Positions 1 through 12,011 of a stretch of 64,000 bases of DNA are shown here, in pieces. Below the pieces are notes generated by a model. That model did no database searches. It was not told where the DNA came from and saw only the letters and a list, made by a program, of their open reading frames with translations. Numbering within the stretch: position 1 is the stretch's first letter; each line of letters begins with the position of its first letter. Source of the DNA: Takakia lepidozioides (taxonomy: Eukaryota; Plantae; Bryophyta); NCBI GenBank assembly GCA_030704615.1, contig CM060732.1, positions 29,512,001 to 29,576,000 on the forward strand. The letters are read 5' to 3'. Both the position numbers and the translations under genes were made by a program.

Positions 1-892
1 GTGGAAACTCGAAGATGACATTGCCATCGACTTCGGGAGGCAGATACGTTACCTTCCTGACCGGAAATTTGGCATAGTCGAGAGCAGCCAGCTCGGAGCG
101 AGAACAATCGAGGTGATGTTGCCGTAGGAGCTGCACAATGGACCGGGTTGGAATTATGCTCGAGAGTACATGCGTAGCACCTGCAAAGACGTCCATGTCG
201 GATTTGAACGACCGTGTGGAGGACATGGGGACCTCAATGTACTCATCTTTATCGTCGGAAATGTCGAATACGTCCACACGAGAAGCTATGGAGGGTCTTG
301 ATGGTCCAGGTCGGGAATGATTATCGTTGCATACCTCTCTATTGGCAGTGGCCGCCTATCGGTTTCCGGACTCCTTTGTGGATGGTCTGGACAGCGACTG
401 ATTCGGAAAGGGAATGGGCATTCCCACAGCTCGGTACAGGATGGTGTCTGATGGGGGTACGTGCCATTCGATTCCGCAACCTCCGTCGTTACCTAGCACG
501 ACAATGGTCTCGTCAACCTGTCCAGGAACATCCTTCCTTTCTTCTTCCAAATAAACTGTGCCCGGTTTGAGCTTGAATTTAGAACAAAGGTAAGTTTCGG
601 TCACTCTGCAAAGTCCTCCCTCGTTTGGGATCCAAGCTCTCCCAAGTTGCGGAGGACAGCAAACTATAGCGTAGGAATTCGGAGCCATCGCACACCGCAC
701 CAAGTTGGCAAGTGCGAGGTTCAGTATAGCGACAGACGAAGGCTCACAGGCACCATGCGGAGTCCATCGACGATTGGAAGTCGCACATTGAAGTGGAAAG
801 TATAGTTTCAAGCTACATGCATGAAGGTGGGAGGTGTGATTCCATAGCCAGTAAGTTAGACAATGATGGCCGAATCGGCGACGAAATAACAT
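1..892 (-). pseudogene. ORF of unknown function, probably transposon-encoded; one in-frame TAG at 356-358; runs off the left edge
   Basis: ORF 356..892 continues in the same frame after the TAG (AATANREVCNDNHSRPG...VRKVTYLPPEVDGNVIFEFP) to position 1 with no further stop. Confidence 0.5.
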
Positions 893-1068
893 CTCCTGAC
901 AGTTTCTCCTGAGGGTGGATCCAGCAGTATTCTCGGTACAGAAAGGAGCGTTCGCACTGACAAGTGCCAGGACTGTTAGTTAAAACGGTCAGACAACCTA
1001 GTTGTGCTCATCAAGACTGGTCGCAATTCTGTTGTTTCGGAACAATGCAACCCATTCAGGTTCAGCAT

Positions 1069-2420
1069 GCGGAAATGAGGTTTCAGATTTCCGTCCGGAG
1101 TGATTCTTTCGATTGCTGCTGCACGGAAATACGGCGCCGCATGTCCGTATTGCATCTTGGTCATGCACCAGAGCGACGGAAATGCGGCACCGAGTTTCCG
1201 TCCGGGGGAAACCTTTACACACTCCAGAACGGAAATGCGGTAACGCATTTCCATCCAGCAAGCACGGTATGTGAAGGTGGAACGGAAATGCGGTACCGCA
1301 TTTCCGTTCTGATTGAGAATCATGAACAAAGGGAACAGAAATGCGGCACTGCATTTCCGTCCGAGTCGCACTTTCCGACATTCCAGAACGGAAATGCGGC
1401 ACCGCATTTCCGCCCGGGTGAGACCTTAATACTCTCCAGAACGGAAATGCGGTAACGCATTTCCATCTAGCAAGCACGGTATGTGAAGGTGGAACGGAAA
1501 TGCGGTACCGCATTTCCGTTCTGATTGAGAATTATGAACAACGGGAACAGAAATGCGGCACCGCATTTCCGTCCGAGTGGCACTTTCCGACATTCCAGAA
1601 CGGAAATGCGGCGCCGCATTTCCGTTTTGTATCTGATGCATGGAGCTCAGTGCAATTCCGATCGCTTGAGACAGCGCAATTCCGACCGCTTCAGACATTC
1701 ATACTATCCAGAACGGAATTGCGGTACCGCATTTCCGTTCTGACTGTATATCGTGAACCATCGGAACTGAAATGCGACAGCGCATTTCCATCCGAGTCGC
1801 ACCTCCCTCACAAGCTAGAACGGAAATGCGGCACCGCATTTCCGCCCGGGTGAGACCTTCATACTCTCCAGAATGGAAATGCGGTACCGCATTTTCGTTC
1901 TTATGAAAAATCATGAAACATCGGAACTGAAATGCGGTACAGCAATTCCGTCGGAGTCGCAGCTTCCGACATTCCAAAACGGAAATGCGGCGCCGCATTT
2001 CCTTTTTGTATGTGAGGCATAGAGCTTTGGAACAAAAATGCGGCACCGCATTTCCGCCAGGGTCAGACCTTAATACTCTACAGAACGGAAATGTGGTACC
2101 GCATTTCCGTTCGGACTGAAAATCGTCAACAGCGGGAACAGAAATGCGTCGCAACTTCCGACATTCGAGAACGGAAATGCGGCGCCGCATTTCCCGCATT
2201 TCCGTTTTGTATATGAGGCCTGGAGCTGTGGGATGGAAATGCGGGGCCGCATTTCCATCCATGTGAGACCTTCAAACTTTCCAGACCGGAAATGCGGCGC
2301 CGCATTTCCGTTCAGCTGAGACCTCTATACTTTTCCGAACAGAAATGTGGCACGACATTTCCGTTCATCAACTAAGGTATGTGAAGGGGGAACGGAAATG
2401 CGGTACCGTATTTCCTTTCA
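1069..2420. repeat. Tandem array of ~25 units, 53-bp period; each unit is a ~30-bp palindrome (GAACGGAAATGCGGTACCGCATTTCCGTTC) plus a ~23-bp linker
   Basis: Palindrome starts at 1227, 1280, 1333, 1386, 1439, 1492, 1545, 1598 ... 2390. Linkers recur in a 4-5-unit higher-order cycle. Confidence 0.95.
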
Positions 2421-2851
2421 GATTGAGAATCGTGAAAGGTGGACGTGCTGGAGGGATCGCAGGAATCCGAAGAGCCGCAGGCAGAGTCCGTGGAGCTAGC
2501 TGCAGCACGCACACCCAGCCGATCCACGAGCACGGGTCTTCCTGCCGGTCCTAGCCCTGTGCGTTTCAAGGACGCGGCTTCCAAGGGCAAGTCCTTGCAG
2601 TTCAAAGCCCCAGAGAGCGACTCGCCTTCAAAGGTCATGGAGAATCGCCAGTAGGGGTCTAGCCCTTCTCCAACAAAGACGAAGAAGAAGCAGCCCATCC
2701 TTCAACTTGTTTCTGAACCGGACCAGGCCGTTTCCCCCCTACCCAGACGAATGAAGCAGATTCAATGCAGTCATTTTCGTGCAATTGTCTTTCTATTACA
2801 GATCTTTCCATTGGTTCCTCACCATTGTCTATGTCCTTGTAGGAGCGGTGC

Positions 2852-4273
2852 TTGGATTCCGACACGGACATGCCGAACACGAATATGGCAGAATCAGTGC
2901 ACTCCTCCTGGCGAGCGTCTTCTGCCGCACATCTGGTGGACGTAGTGACGGCCACAACGGAGGACATCGATAGAGCAATCATGCAGCAAGCCACGTACTA
3001 CAAGTTCCTGAGCGGGAAACAATGGGGCTTTGGGCCGGACAGGGAGGAATTGTTGGTGCGAACAGCTTCGAGGTCGAAGAATCCACTGAAATGGGCGACA
3101 ACATTGCGAGAGAAGATCAAAGGGACGCCTCTGCACCGCAGAGGTGAGCACCTAGAGGGGGACGTCCGTACTTGCCTTGTGAGGCGGAGGATTGAAGAGG
3201 AACCCGGGTGCGAAGAGGATTCCTGGAGATCCGACAGGAACATTCGGACAGCACCTCGAGGGCCCGTCATGTTGCCGCACAATGTGTCTTCCAGCAGTGG
3301 AAGCCCAAGAAATTCCAGATCGCCGTCGCCTTCAAGCGGGGATTCCGTGCGAGAAATTCCCACCGCTCGCTTGCCCCAGATTCCGCCCCCTGTTATGCAG
3401 TATGGCCAAGCCATTGTGGAGACGACTGTGTCTGCGTCACAGTGGAGAATTGCTTGCACAAAGCCGTCATTTCGAGGCAGGTGTTCCGCAATTCGAGTGG
3501 ATACACGACAACGTTGTTTAGAGATGATAAGGAGGAATCCAGATGGTGCTGTCCCTGCTCTTACTTTTACAGGAAGATTTGTCCATGCAAAGTTTGCGGA
3601 GGCGACAACCACCCAATTCTGGTTCTGCAGGCACGACATTATGACTTGCATGTATGGAAAGCCCAAGTACGGCATACAAACAATGCCAGAGGCTCCCCCG
3701 GTGTGGCCGGTGGAACCAGGTTGCGATCTGAGTCAGGTTGAGGCCGACGCCCTTACCGCCGCAGGATTTCGGATGGTGCAGCGCACTGACGTCCCTAGAC
3801 AACCATTTCCGCTTCCACAGCCTCCACCACCGACCCCTGTGAGAGCAAGAACAATGGGACCCGACAGCTCTAAGCATCCTACACACCGTTGGGGGAAACC
3901 GAAGAGGCGGCGACCTCCCTCAAAAGTGAACGAGACAAGGATGGGGAATGCACTTCGGATGAACTGTACAATCCAGAGCTTGATAGAAGTGCCCCCACCA
4001 GGCTTCGGGCGTGTGTATCAGATGGCCACGGCAGGCTCAGCTGTTCGCAATGAGGTGTACACCATCACCATTTCAGAATTACCCACCTGCAATTGCACCG
4101 ACTTTCAGATCATGGCGAACAAGGGGGCATCATACTGCCCTTGCAAGCATCTGTACTACGTGTACCTAAAGAGACTCCGATGTAATTCCACAACTCATCA
4201 CTTCATACATGCACCAGGGTTGAGCCCCCAAGAGGTGCACACTCTTCTGAATATGGATCCAGGGGACCAGTGA
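2852..4273 (+). CDS. SWIM zinc-finger protein (473-aa ORF); probable upstream exon at ~2439-2760
   Basis: C-terminal YTITISELPTCNCTDF...YCPCKHLYYV matches SWIM CxCx(n)CxH. A pyrimidine-rich ...ttgtag acceptor-like site lies just upstream at ~2840. Confidence 0.75.
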   Translation: MDSDTDMPNTNMAESVHSSWRASSAAHLVDVVTATTEDIDRAIMQQATYYKFLSGKQWGFGPDREELLVRTASRSKNPLKWATTLREKIKGTPLHRRGEHLEGDVRTCLVRRRIEEEPGCEEDSWRSDRNIRTAPRGPVMLPHNVSSSSGSPRNSRSPSPSSGDSVREIPTARLPQIPPPVMQYGQAIVETTVSASQWRIACTKPSFRGRCSAIRVDTRQRCLEMIRRNPDGAVPALTFTGRFVHAKFAEATTTQFWFCRHDIMTCMYGKPKYGIQTMPEAPPVWPVEPGCDLSQVEADALTAAGFRMVQRTDVPRQPFPLPQPPPPTPVRARTMGPDSSKHPTHRWGKPKRRRPPSKVNETRMGNALRMNCTIQSLIEVPPPGFGRVYQMATAGSAVRNEVYTITISELPTCNCTDFQIMANKGASYCPCKHLYYVYLKRLRCNSTTHHFIHAPGLSPQEVHTLLNMDPGDQ

Positions 4274-4524
4274 CCTTGGCTTGCGGTCCCAACACAATGG
4301 TACGCCCATCCTTTTCGGATAGTAGAACTGTAATGCTGCAAGTAGCTCTGACTCTGGCCACAGAAAGGTCCGACTTATGTCTTGCCTACCAGTAACCTGT
4401 TTTGCTCGAACGTCGATAATACTATGTCATTCACTCGTGTTTCCACATGCATGTATTTTTGTGTGTTGGAGGGTTCCTGTTTTTCTGCTCTCCCAAACTT
4501 TGTTTTCCTCATTCGACCCCCGGC

Positions 4525-4645
4525 AAGGAAATGCGGCACCGCATTTCCAAGTAACGTCGTAGGTACTGGTAGATGCGGCATTCACCAACACCAAACTGCC
4601 CAGAAATTTCGTACGTGCGAACCCTAATGCGGCACCGCATTTCCT
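4525..4645. repeat. Two further copies of the GGAAATGCGGCACCGCATTTCC palindrome
   Basis: Seen at ~4527-4548 and ~4626-4644; half-site at ~4974. Confidence 0.85.
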
Positions 4646-4841
4646 AGTTCACTTGCAAAACTTTCCCGCCGAATACTGGAAGATGACAGAATTGTGCAGA
4701 CTCTATTGGTTCAGTCGCGGCAAAAGGGTCAGCTTCATTCCAATGTTAAGGCATGTAAAACCGCGGAATACTCTATACAGGCCAGTATGCGACATCCTTT
4801 TGCCGTGGTATACTGGATTTCTCGTTGCACGGTCACTCATT

Positions 4842-5090
4842 TCCATGAGCGGATCTAAAAAACCATGAGCGGAGTTGTTACTGACGACATATCTTTGCCG
4901 CATTACAGGATCCGTAACTTCCAAAAACGGCAAGGTCAAATATAAAACTATTATTTTAATACTTGTTTAATCTGCCGCATTTCCAAATTTGGAGGAGTCC
5001 GCTCATGAAATCCGCGTGTCTTAGACTTCGGCTCACCGCTCATGCGGCTCATGCGGCTCATGGCTCATGGCTCATGGTTTCTGCTCATGA
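4842..5090. repeat. Cluster of GCTCATG(G/C) and CCATGAGCGG short direct and inverted repeats; possible element terminus
   Basis: ccatgagcgg twice (4842-4872), ccgctcatg at ~5000, about six gctcatg copies at 5037-5089. Confidence 0.7.
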
Positions 5091-5097
5091 AATAGTA

Positions 5098-5650
5098 AAC
5101 CTCCGACAAAGCAATACCCGTAATACAAGTACGTATTGGACGGAAGATGGTAACGGATGTACTCATCGATGGGGGATCCGGAGTGAATATCATGACAGAG
5201 AAGATGAAAGAAGTCACTAGGATTGGGGCACATGGAACCTGCTCCATTCACAGTACGAATGGTTGATCAACGAAAAGTGCAACCATTGGGTATCATCAGA
5301 CGACTTGCAATGGAAGTAGCAGGACTGGTATACGAAGTATCAGTAACCATTCTCAGAATGGAGGACGTGGTAGAAGGATATTCGCTACTACTTGGCCGAC
5401 CATGGTTAACACAAGCCCAATCACACCACGATTGGGGAAGTTAGACTCTCACGATCAAAAAAAGATCAGAACAAGTCACCATCACTACGAAGCAACGAGG
5501 TACTATTCCACGAGAGAAACGACCTTGCATAGTAAAAGAGTATGATTGGTCTAGTGGACTGTCGGATGAAGAAGAAGCCACAGTATATGCAGCACATCCA
5601 CAGTTGGAACCTATTGGGCAACTAGTGGTCAAGCATACCACAACAGTAGG
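5098..5650 (+). pseudogene. Aspartic protease of element A (degenerate)
   Basis: PVIQVRIGRKMVTDVLIDGGSGVNIM ... YSLLLGRPWL; stops present. Confidence 0.85.
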
Positions 5651-5919
5651 ATGTCACATGGTGAACACCCAAGGAGACTACGACCTTCCAGATGCTCTTA
5701 AACTCATGGATGACACTGATGAAGAAGAGGATTCATCAGATGAAGATGAACCTCTTGATGAAGGACTTATTATTGAGGAAGAGCCAGATCCAGAAGAAGA
5801 AGATGACAAGGAAAACGAAGAAACAAACAATCAAGAATTGGCCAATATCAGTATTGGAGCTTATACAGTCACCAAAGAAGAATCAGAAGACATTCAGGAT
5901 CAAGATCAAGATGATTGAC

Positions 5920-7328
5920 AATGGTCAATCAAATACTATCTGAACACGAGGAAATTTCCTAAAGATTACACCAAAGATGACAAGAGGAAGCTTTCAATGA
6001 AAAGCAAGCCATACACAGTAATCAAGGGGATTCTGTACAAAAGAGGAATTGACTCCATAGTGAGAAGATGTATAAACAAAGAGCAAGCCAAAACCGTAAT
6101 GCAAGAACTACACGAAGGAATTGCAGGAGGACACTTCAGTTCGGACCTGACAGCAAATAAGATATTATTAGCAGGTTATTGGTGGCCTATTGTATTTGGA
6201 GATACTTATGAACACTGCCAACAGTGTGATGTTGGCCAGAGGATGGGATCAGTAGAACGAACTGGGAAGGGTACTCTGCACCCAATACGACCAACAGAAC
6301 CATTTCAGCGGTGGGGGCTAGACTTCGTGGGACCCAATAAACCTCCAGCAAGGTACACACAAAACCAATACATCCTCACAGCCACTGACTACACTACCAA
6401 ATGGGTAGAGGCCAAGGCACTAAGAGACAACACTGCCAGATCGACAGCCAAATTCTTATATGAAAACATCATCACACGATTTGGTTGCCCACTGGAATTC
6501 GTCAGTGATCAAGGATCACATTTTATAAATGATGCCATAAAATGCTTGACGAAGGAGTTCATGATCGTACATCACAAAAGTACTGCTTACTATCCCTAAG
6601 GAAATGGCCAGGCCGAATCTACCAACAAGATATTATGCACTATCTTAACCAAGATAGTAAATGCCAATCGAATAGATTGGGACACCAAATTGAACACAAC
6701 ACTATGGGCATTCAGGACATCATACAAGGTAACCACGAAACATACACCATTTCAACTGGTGTATGGAGCAGAGGCACTATTACCCATTGAATGTATGATA
6801 CCCACACTACGAACCGGAACCCATGTACGATGGGGTTTAGAAGAATCTCTACGAGTCAGGGAATATGAGTTATTCCATCTGGAAGAAGTTTGGGCAGATG
6901 CCGCAGATAACATGGCACGGATTCAAGAACAACGAAGAAAAAAAATATCTGAAGGGAAAGAGAAATCTTTCCAAGACGGGGACATTGTTTTGTGGTTACC
7001 AAAAATCAAGAAGATCGAACTGGGCGGAAAATTGAAAATGCCATGGATGGGACCATTTCAAATCAAAAAGGTACATGACAATGGAACTGTGGATTTGCAA
7101 GCCTTGGAACAAGAATTCGTGGGACAAATTAATATTAACAAGTTAAAAGGCTACCAAGGAATACATGACAAAGCCCTTATACATGACATATACGCCAACA
7201 AGGAAGATCAAACTGAAGATGAGGAGCGTGAAACCGCCAGTGCCTACTACATTCATCACGACACGGTGAATCAGCATGTGGCAACACGAATTCAGGGCAC
7301 CACGATGGCTAGACCACCATTCATCTAG
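5920..7328 (+). pseudogene. Integrase of element A (internal stops)
   Basis: HEGIAGGH...CQQC zinc finger; [15 protein letters not shown] and GNGQAES DDE core; TPFQLVYG; WMGPF (GPY/F) motif. Confidence 0.92.
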
Positions 7329-7949
7329 AGGACAACATTACCACCCCGTATACCGTATGGTGAACCGTGGCCAGCACAGATGCCCTACAGAACCGTGAAA
7401 CGAATACGAAGCAGCCAACGAGTCACTGCTTGTGTTAAACTCCGAGATGTACGCTCCAGATCACCCCACTGACCGAAGTAATCATACACCACTACCCTTC
7501 GATCATAACACGGAGGCAGAACGACGGCGCAATCCAACGGATTGCCAAAAGACGGTGAATGATAAGGGCAAAGCCATGCAAGTATTGCGCCCACGCCGCC
7601 CATCTAAAGACAGACCACGTACCAAAGTGGATGAATACATCCCAGAGGGATGAACATAAACTGACCGAAACTGGACAATCATCAACGACCATCGGTTTAA
7701 TCCAAAACAAATCACGAAGAAAAAGCCAACGGAAGAAAATCAGGCGCAAAAGGGATGAAGTTTTCTCAAAACCGTTACCAGAAGCTAAATGCTTCTTGGT
7801 AAGCCTGGGCCCAACAATTAAAGCTAACTACGCTTTAAACCTAGGCAACCAGCGGGACAGAATTACCTCCACGAGAACCTCAAGAGAAGTTAGAGGAGAA
7901 GCCTACAGAGGAGAATCCCTACTTAAACCCAGAAGCGAACTCCTCACCT

Positions 7950-10900
7950 TCTCTTCCGCAAACTGGAAATTGTTGTATACACAACTTCCAGTGTGCTTCA
8001 TACTGCTTGTGATACAGGAATTGGTACTCCAATTTCTTACAGCAACCGCAAGACTAAGAGAATTGGCAGTCACCAAGCGGAAGGCACCAAGTTCTTATGC
8101 GCAAGTGAATTTCAAAATCAGCCCGGCATTGCGGAAGATTGAGCAGGACACAGAGACACAGGAGACATTGGACAGTCTTGGCCTGCGATACTTCATCACC
8201 ACGCTGGACTGGAACATGAAGCACGACGAGCTGTGCAGGGAGTTCTTGGAGAATTACAACACCAGCACTCAGAGCACAAATGTCCGCGACACACACATCC
8301 TGCTGACGGAGAAGTACTTGGTGGAAGTGTTTCACCTTCCCAGTCTGGACGTACTGGCGCACAACGGCAAACCTCCAAGGTTTGTACTTGCAGATTTGTG
8401 TGAGAATCTCAACCAAGCATATTAGGGCTACACATGCAGTCACAGCAAAAGCCCCGGCTTTAGGAGGATAGCCCCGGTACTTAGCACGTTGCTTTTCCTC
8501 AGGCAAAACCACAGCTATTGTACCAAGGAGCTAATCGATCAAGTATTGGTTTGCCTCAATGGGCAAATCATGAATTGGGCAAGCTTCTTATTGAAGAAGT
8601 TAACCCAAGAATTGACCCGATTGACAAAGAAGAAGAAGGAAGCAACTGTCACCATGGCGACTCCATTGTTACTCCAGATGATTCGACACACTATACACAT
8701 AACGCCCGAAGAGCAAGCGACTTTGGGGATTACGCAAAGGGTAGATACGATGGAGGAAGAAGGAAGTGAGACGGCAGCAAGTCAAGAAGAATAAGAGGAC
8801 GGACTTGTAAAGAGAGCCCGGATCAACGAAGCAACCACAAGTGCAGCAGCAGAGGACATCATCAACTCGACGGCTGATTCCCCAGTGCAGAGAGAAGGGA
8901 AGAATCAACAGCCAGAAGGAGGGAACCAACTACAGACCAACGAAGCAACACCCATGGAAATTAGCCATGGCAACACCAAAGCCCAGCAAACAGCACACAC
9001 AGAGGCCACACAACCAGGAACAGAGGAGGGAGACATAGTGACACAACAATAGCAAATAGTGCAAGAGGCACCCAGTCAGCAGCAACAGCAGATGGTGCAA
9101 GAAGCACCCAGTCAGCAACTAAGGTGGTGCAAGAGACATCGAATCAGCAGCAGCAAGACAGAAATTCCAATTTGGAATTACTACTAGCACAACAAGTTCT
9201 AGATACAACAACATGGGACACAGGGTTGGAGGAAATGCCACAGAATGTCATTCTACAGGCAATACAAGCATTGGGTCAACTGATAGCTTGTATGGATAGG
9301 GCCAAGGATTACATCAGCCCGGAAAACATGAGCATGATCTTATACCACATCAAATAAAAGCACCAGAGGGAATTGACAATTGCAATAACAGTATGTAACC
9401 ATGAGGTTACAATTGCAGCGTTGGAAGATCAAAAGACGACCTTACTTCGCCAATACAACACTTTGGCACAACGCAGAGATGAGTGGGAGCAGAAGTGGGA
9501 AAGACAGAGAGACAAAATACGCCATGTCCAAGCCGACCTCAATGCAAAGCGAGAGAGATCTCGGAAAACAGAGACAGAGGTGGAAACACTCACAGGACAG
9601 GTGTAGACGTTTAAGCAGCAGGTGGAGACACTCAAGGGGCAGCTGAGGACTGCCAGAGATCAGGGAACCAAGTGGCTCAACATCAACACTACATTGTTGA
9701 GGGAAAGGGAGAATGCTGAGAGCAGGCTGTTTACAGCCACCACAGAAAGAGACATTGCCATGGGCAATGAACAAGAATGGAAGCAGCAGCTGAAGAAGCT
9801 GACATTGCAAGCAGGGCTGGATGCAGCAAACGTAGCCTTAGCTAGAGCCTGGTTGAATGAAGGGAGTGAACTGGAGATGAAGAAACTCAATAGGGCAATG
9901 GTGAGGCAGATGAAATGTCAATTGGCGAAGTTGGTGACAGACATTCATGAGGAGTTCCTGCCACCAATTCCAGAACAAGAGGAGCTCATCGACGAAGATG
10001 ATCAAGAGGAGCAAGACCACGAACGAGAAACACCAATACAATCAACAACAACAACAACACCATCACAAACACCACCAGCAACACAACCACCACCAAATCA
10101 ACAGACACTGGTACAGGCCACAGCAGGGCCATCTACTCAAGAGGTAAACCCTGTAACACTACCAAGTGTACTGGTAGCATCAACTTCGGTAGCAGTGGAT
10201 GATTTCCAAATCATGCCATGCAAGCAAGATGGGGAGTGGCTAAAGTATTCAGAGGAATACTTTAAAATGATGGTAGTCCCAGCCCACCAAATCCCAGAGA
10301 TACTGGAGAAGGTCTTCAAAACCTTAACCCCCTGCAGATCATTGGGTCAATTGCATCTGCTCAATCAAACTCTTATCCCTCTGAGATATAGGATGAGGCC
10401 ACTGGCTAAGGAGGAGACATGGTCAGGGGCAGAATTGGTTCAATTATAGCGCCAGGCTCCCCTGGAATACAAGGAGCTGGTAGCTTACATGTGGGCAGTG
10501 GGGCAATTGAGGATTAATCCTACCCCGGCAGTAACCATTGTAATGGGATGCCCAAGTTTTTATATAAGCAGTTACTTGTACCGAATGTTCGTGACAATGA
10601 GGGGAAGTTGGCAGCGCTATGAGAGTATTGAAAAAGATACTCACTGGGAATTACCCAAATTCCAGCCACCAGAGAGAGTCGCAGGCATTTCAGCATATAT
10701 GAACAGACCATTGTATGCTGAAGCATGGCGCCAGGCGAAGGACCATTTTTCACCATTGGTCTTGGACAGGGACCACCCTTTCAAACAGGGATCCAAGCTG
10801 TTAACTGGTTAATGGGCAGCAGGGCAACTAAACACATTATACCCTGGACCAAAGAGGAGCTGCAAACCTACCGAGAAACCTTGACCACCAAAATCGACAT

Positions 10901-11096
10901 GGTACGTGGGGACGGAATAGCAGAACACCCTGATGATGAAAGCTGGCCTACTCACGAACCAGAGGAGCAACCAGACAGTGACGACAACAGGAACAAGAAG
11001 CTGCCACCACGACAATCCTGGGACGCACTTCCTACACCGCAGACAGGCATGCCACCACCTTACATCCCCAAGAGATACAACAAGCACAGGAACTGA
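7950..11096 (+). pseudogene. Extra 3' ORF of element A (fragmented; Athila-ORF1/env-like type N-terminus, coiled-coil, C-terminal domain)
   Basis: ORF pieces 7559-8425, 8489-8794, 9124-9606, 9622-10449, 10489-11096 are collinear with the 3' ORF of family C (LDWNMKHDELCREFLENY vs LDWTLHHRQYMLQFLQNF). Confidence 0.65.
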
Positions 11097-11120
11097 CGAA
11101 ATTGTGCGGACACAATTTCA

Positions 11121-11137
11121 AAAGAGGGGGGGGGATA
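11121..11137 (+). promoter_or_regulatory. Polypurine tract of element A
   Basis: AAAGAG followed by a long G run, immediately before the LTR TG. Confidence 0.85.
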
Positions 11138-11139
11138 AA

Positions 11140-12011
11140 TGATAACGGCTATGCTACGAGGGACAGACAACGAGGGTCACAACGAGACATACCGGGTAGT
11201 GATGGACGTACACTACCTGGCCACAGGCAGAGACGGCTAAGTACGCGGTACTTAGCAAATGGCGGGACAAGGGTACATTACCACGGGAGCAGTAGTGGGT
11301 AGTGTAGTAACCGTGGGCCGTGAACCACGATATCACACGGCCACATTAGCATCGGCTTTAACCAATAGAGGGAGTAGTGGACCATTTACCACTATGGCTC
11401 ACAACCACTGCAACGAGCCACTTTTTTAGCAAACTTTTTAGGTTGCGTAGGCAGTTAGGCAAACGGTCATTAACGACCGCAGACTGTAACGGCTCTTTCG
11501 AGCATAGTATAAAATGGCTACACGCAACTTAGAGGGAGAGCAATATGAGTATCAGTGATCAGTGTGTATTCAGGGACTCAGAGTGATTCAGTGTGTACTT
11601 CTGTGATGATGTGACGAACTCTGAAGTAAAGCCATGCTATTCGAAGTATCTCTGTGTAGAGTGAATGTGAGATGGAGAGAGTGTGTATTATGAGAGACCG
11701 CGAGATGGTGAGAATGTGTATCATCTCAGTTTTGCCTTGATTATCAATTGTTTGTATGAATGAACCGACTTCAGTCTTTTCGATTAAGATCTTTCCGGCC
11801 AAAAATAATGTAAGTTGGGCTTAATGAATAGGATTAAGCAGCCTCCAGGGAAATGAATTCATACGATGTTCATTGTTTAGCTATCCTTAAACTTATTACT
11901 TTGTAATCGTTTATGAAAGCATACCGTCGGACAACCTCTGTTGCATGCCTTAGGAAATGGGCAGTAGTGCTGTTAGCCTGTTTTGCCTAAGTCATAAACC
12001 AGCTGTTAACA
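11140..12011 (+). repeat. 3' LTR of element A
   Basis: Starts TGATAAC after the PPT and ends GTTAACA; TATA-like TATAAAA at ~11508; gag of element B resumes after it. Confidence 0.8.

Larger units (their letters stand above)
1..5090. mobile_element. Putative unclassified DNA transposon (right part), abutting the protease region of Gypsy element A
   Basis: Two divergent ORFs, a SWIM domain, the same palindromic motif at 1069-2420 and 4525-4645, clustered GCTCATG/CATGAGC short repeats at 4842-5090, then an abrupt switch to Gypsy protease sequence at ~5090-5100. Left end is outside the window. Confidence 0.45.
5090..12011 (+). mobile_element. Ty3/Gypsy LTR retrotransposon A (3' part): protease-integrase without RT/RNase H, large 3' ORF, PPT, 3' LTR
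   Basis: Domain motifs listed in the sub-features; protein homology to family C throughout; PPT and TG...CA LTR. Confidence 0.85.

Noticed and set aside
1069-2420. CRISPR array (palindromic repeats with spacers)
   Set aside because: Linkers recur cyclically instead of being unique, repeats are degenerate throughout, there are no cas genes, and the context is eukaryotic.
964-2554. Overlapping ORFs on both strands in the palindrome array
   Set aside because: They are translations of the repeat (ERKCGTAFP, NGNAAPHF, TEMRCRISV) with no sign of coding.
5085-5098. TAGTA as a mutated CACTA terminus for the SWIM element
   Set aside because: The same bases can be read as protease codons (EIVNL) of element A, and the other end is outside the window, so the terminus cannot be fixed.
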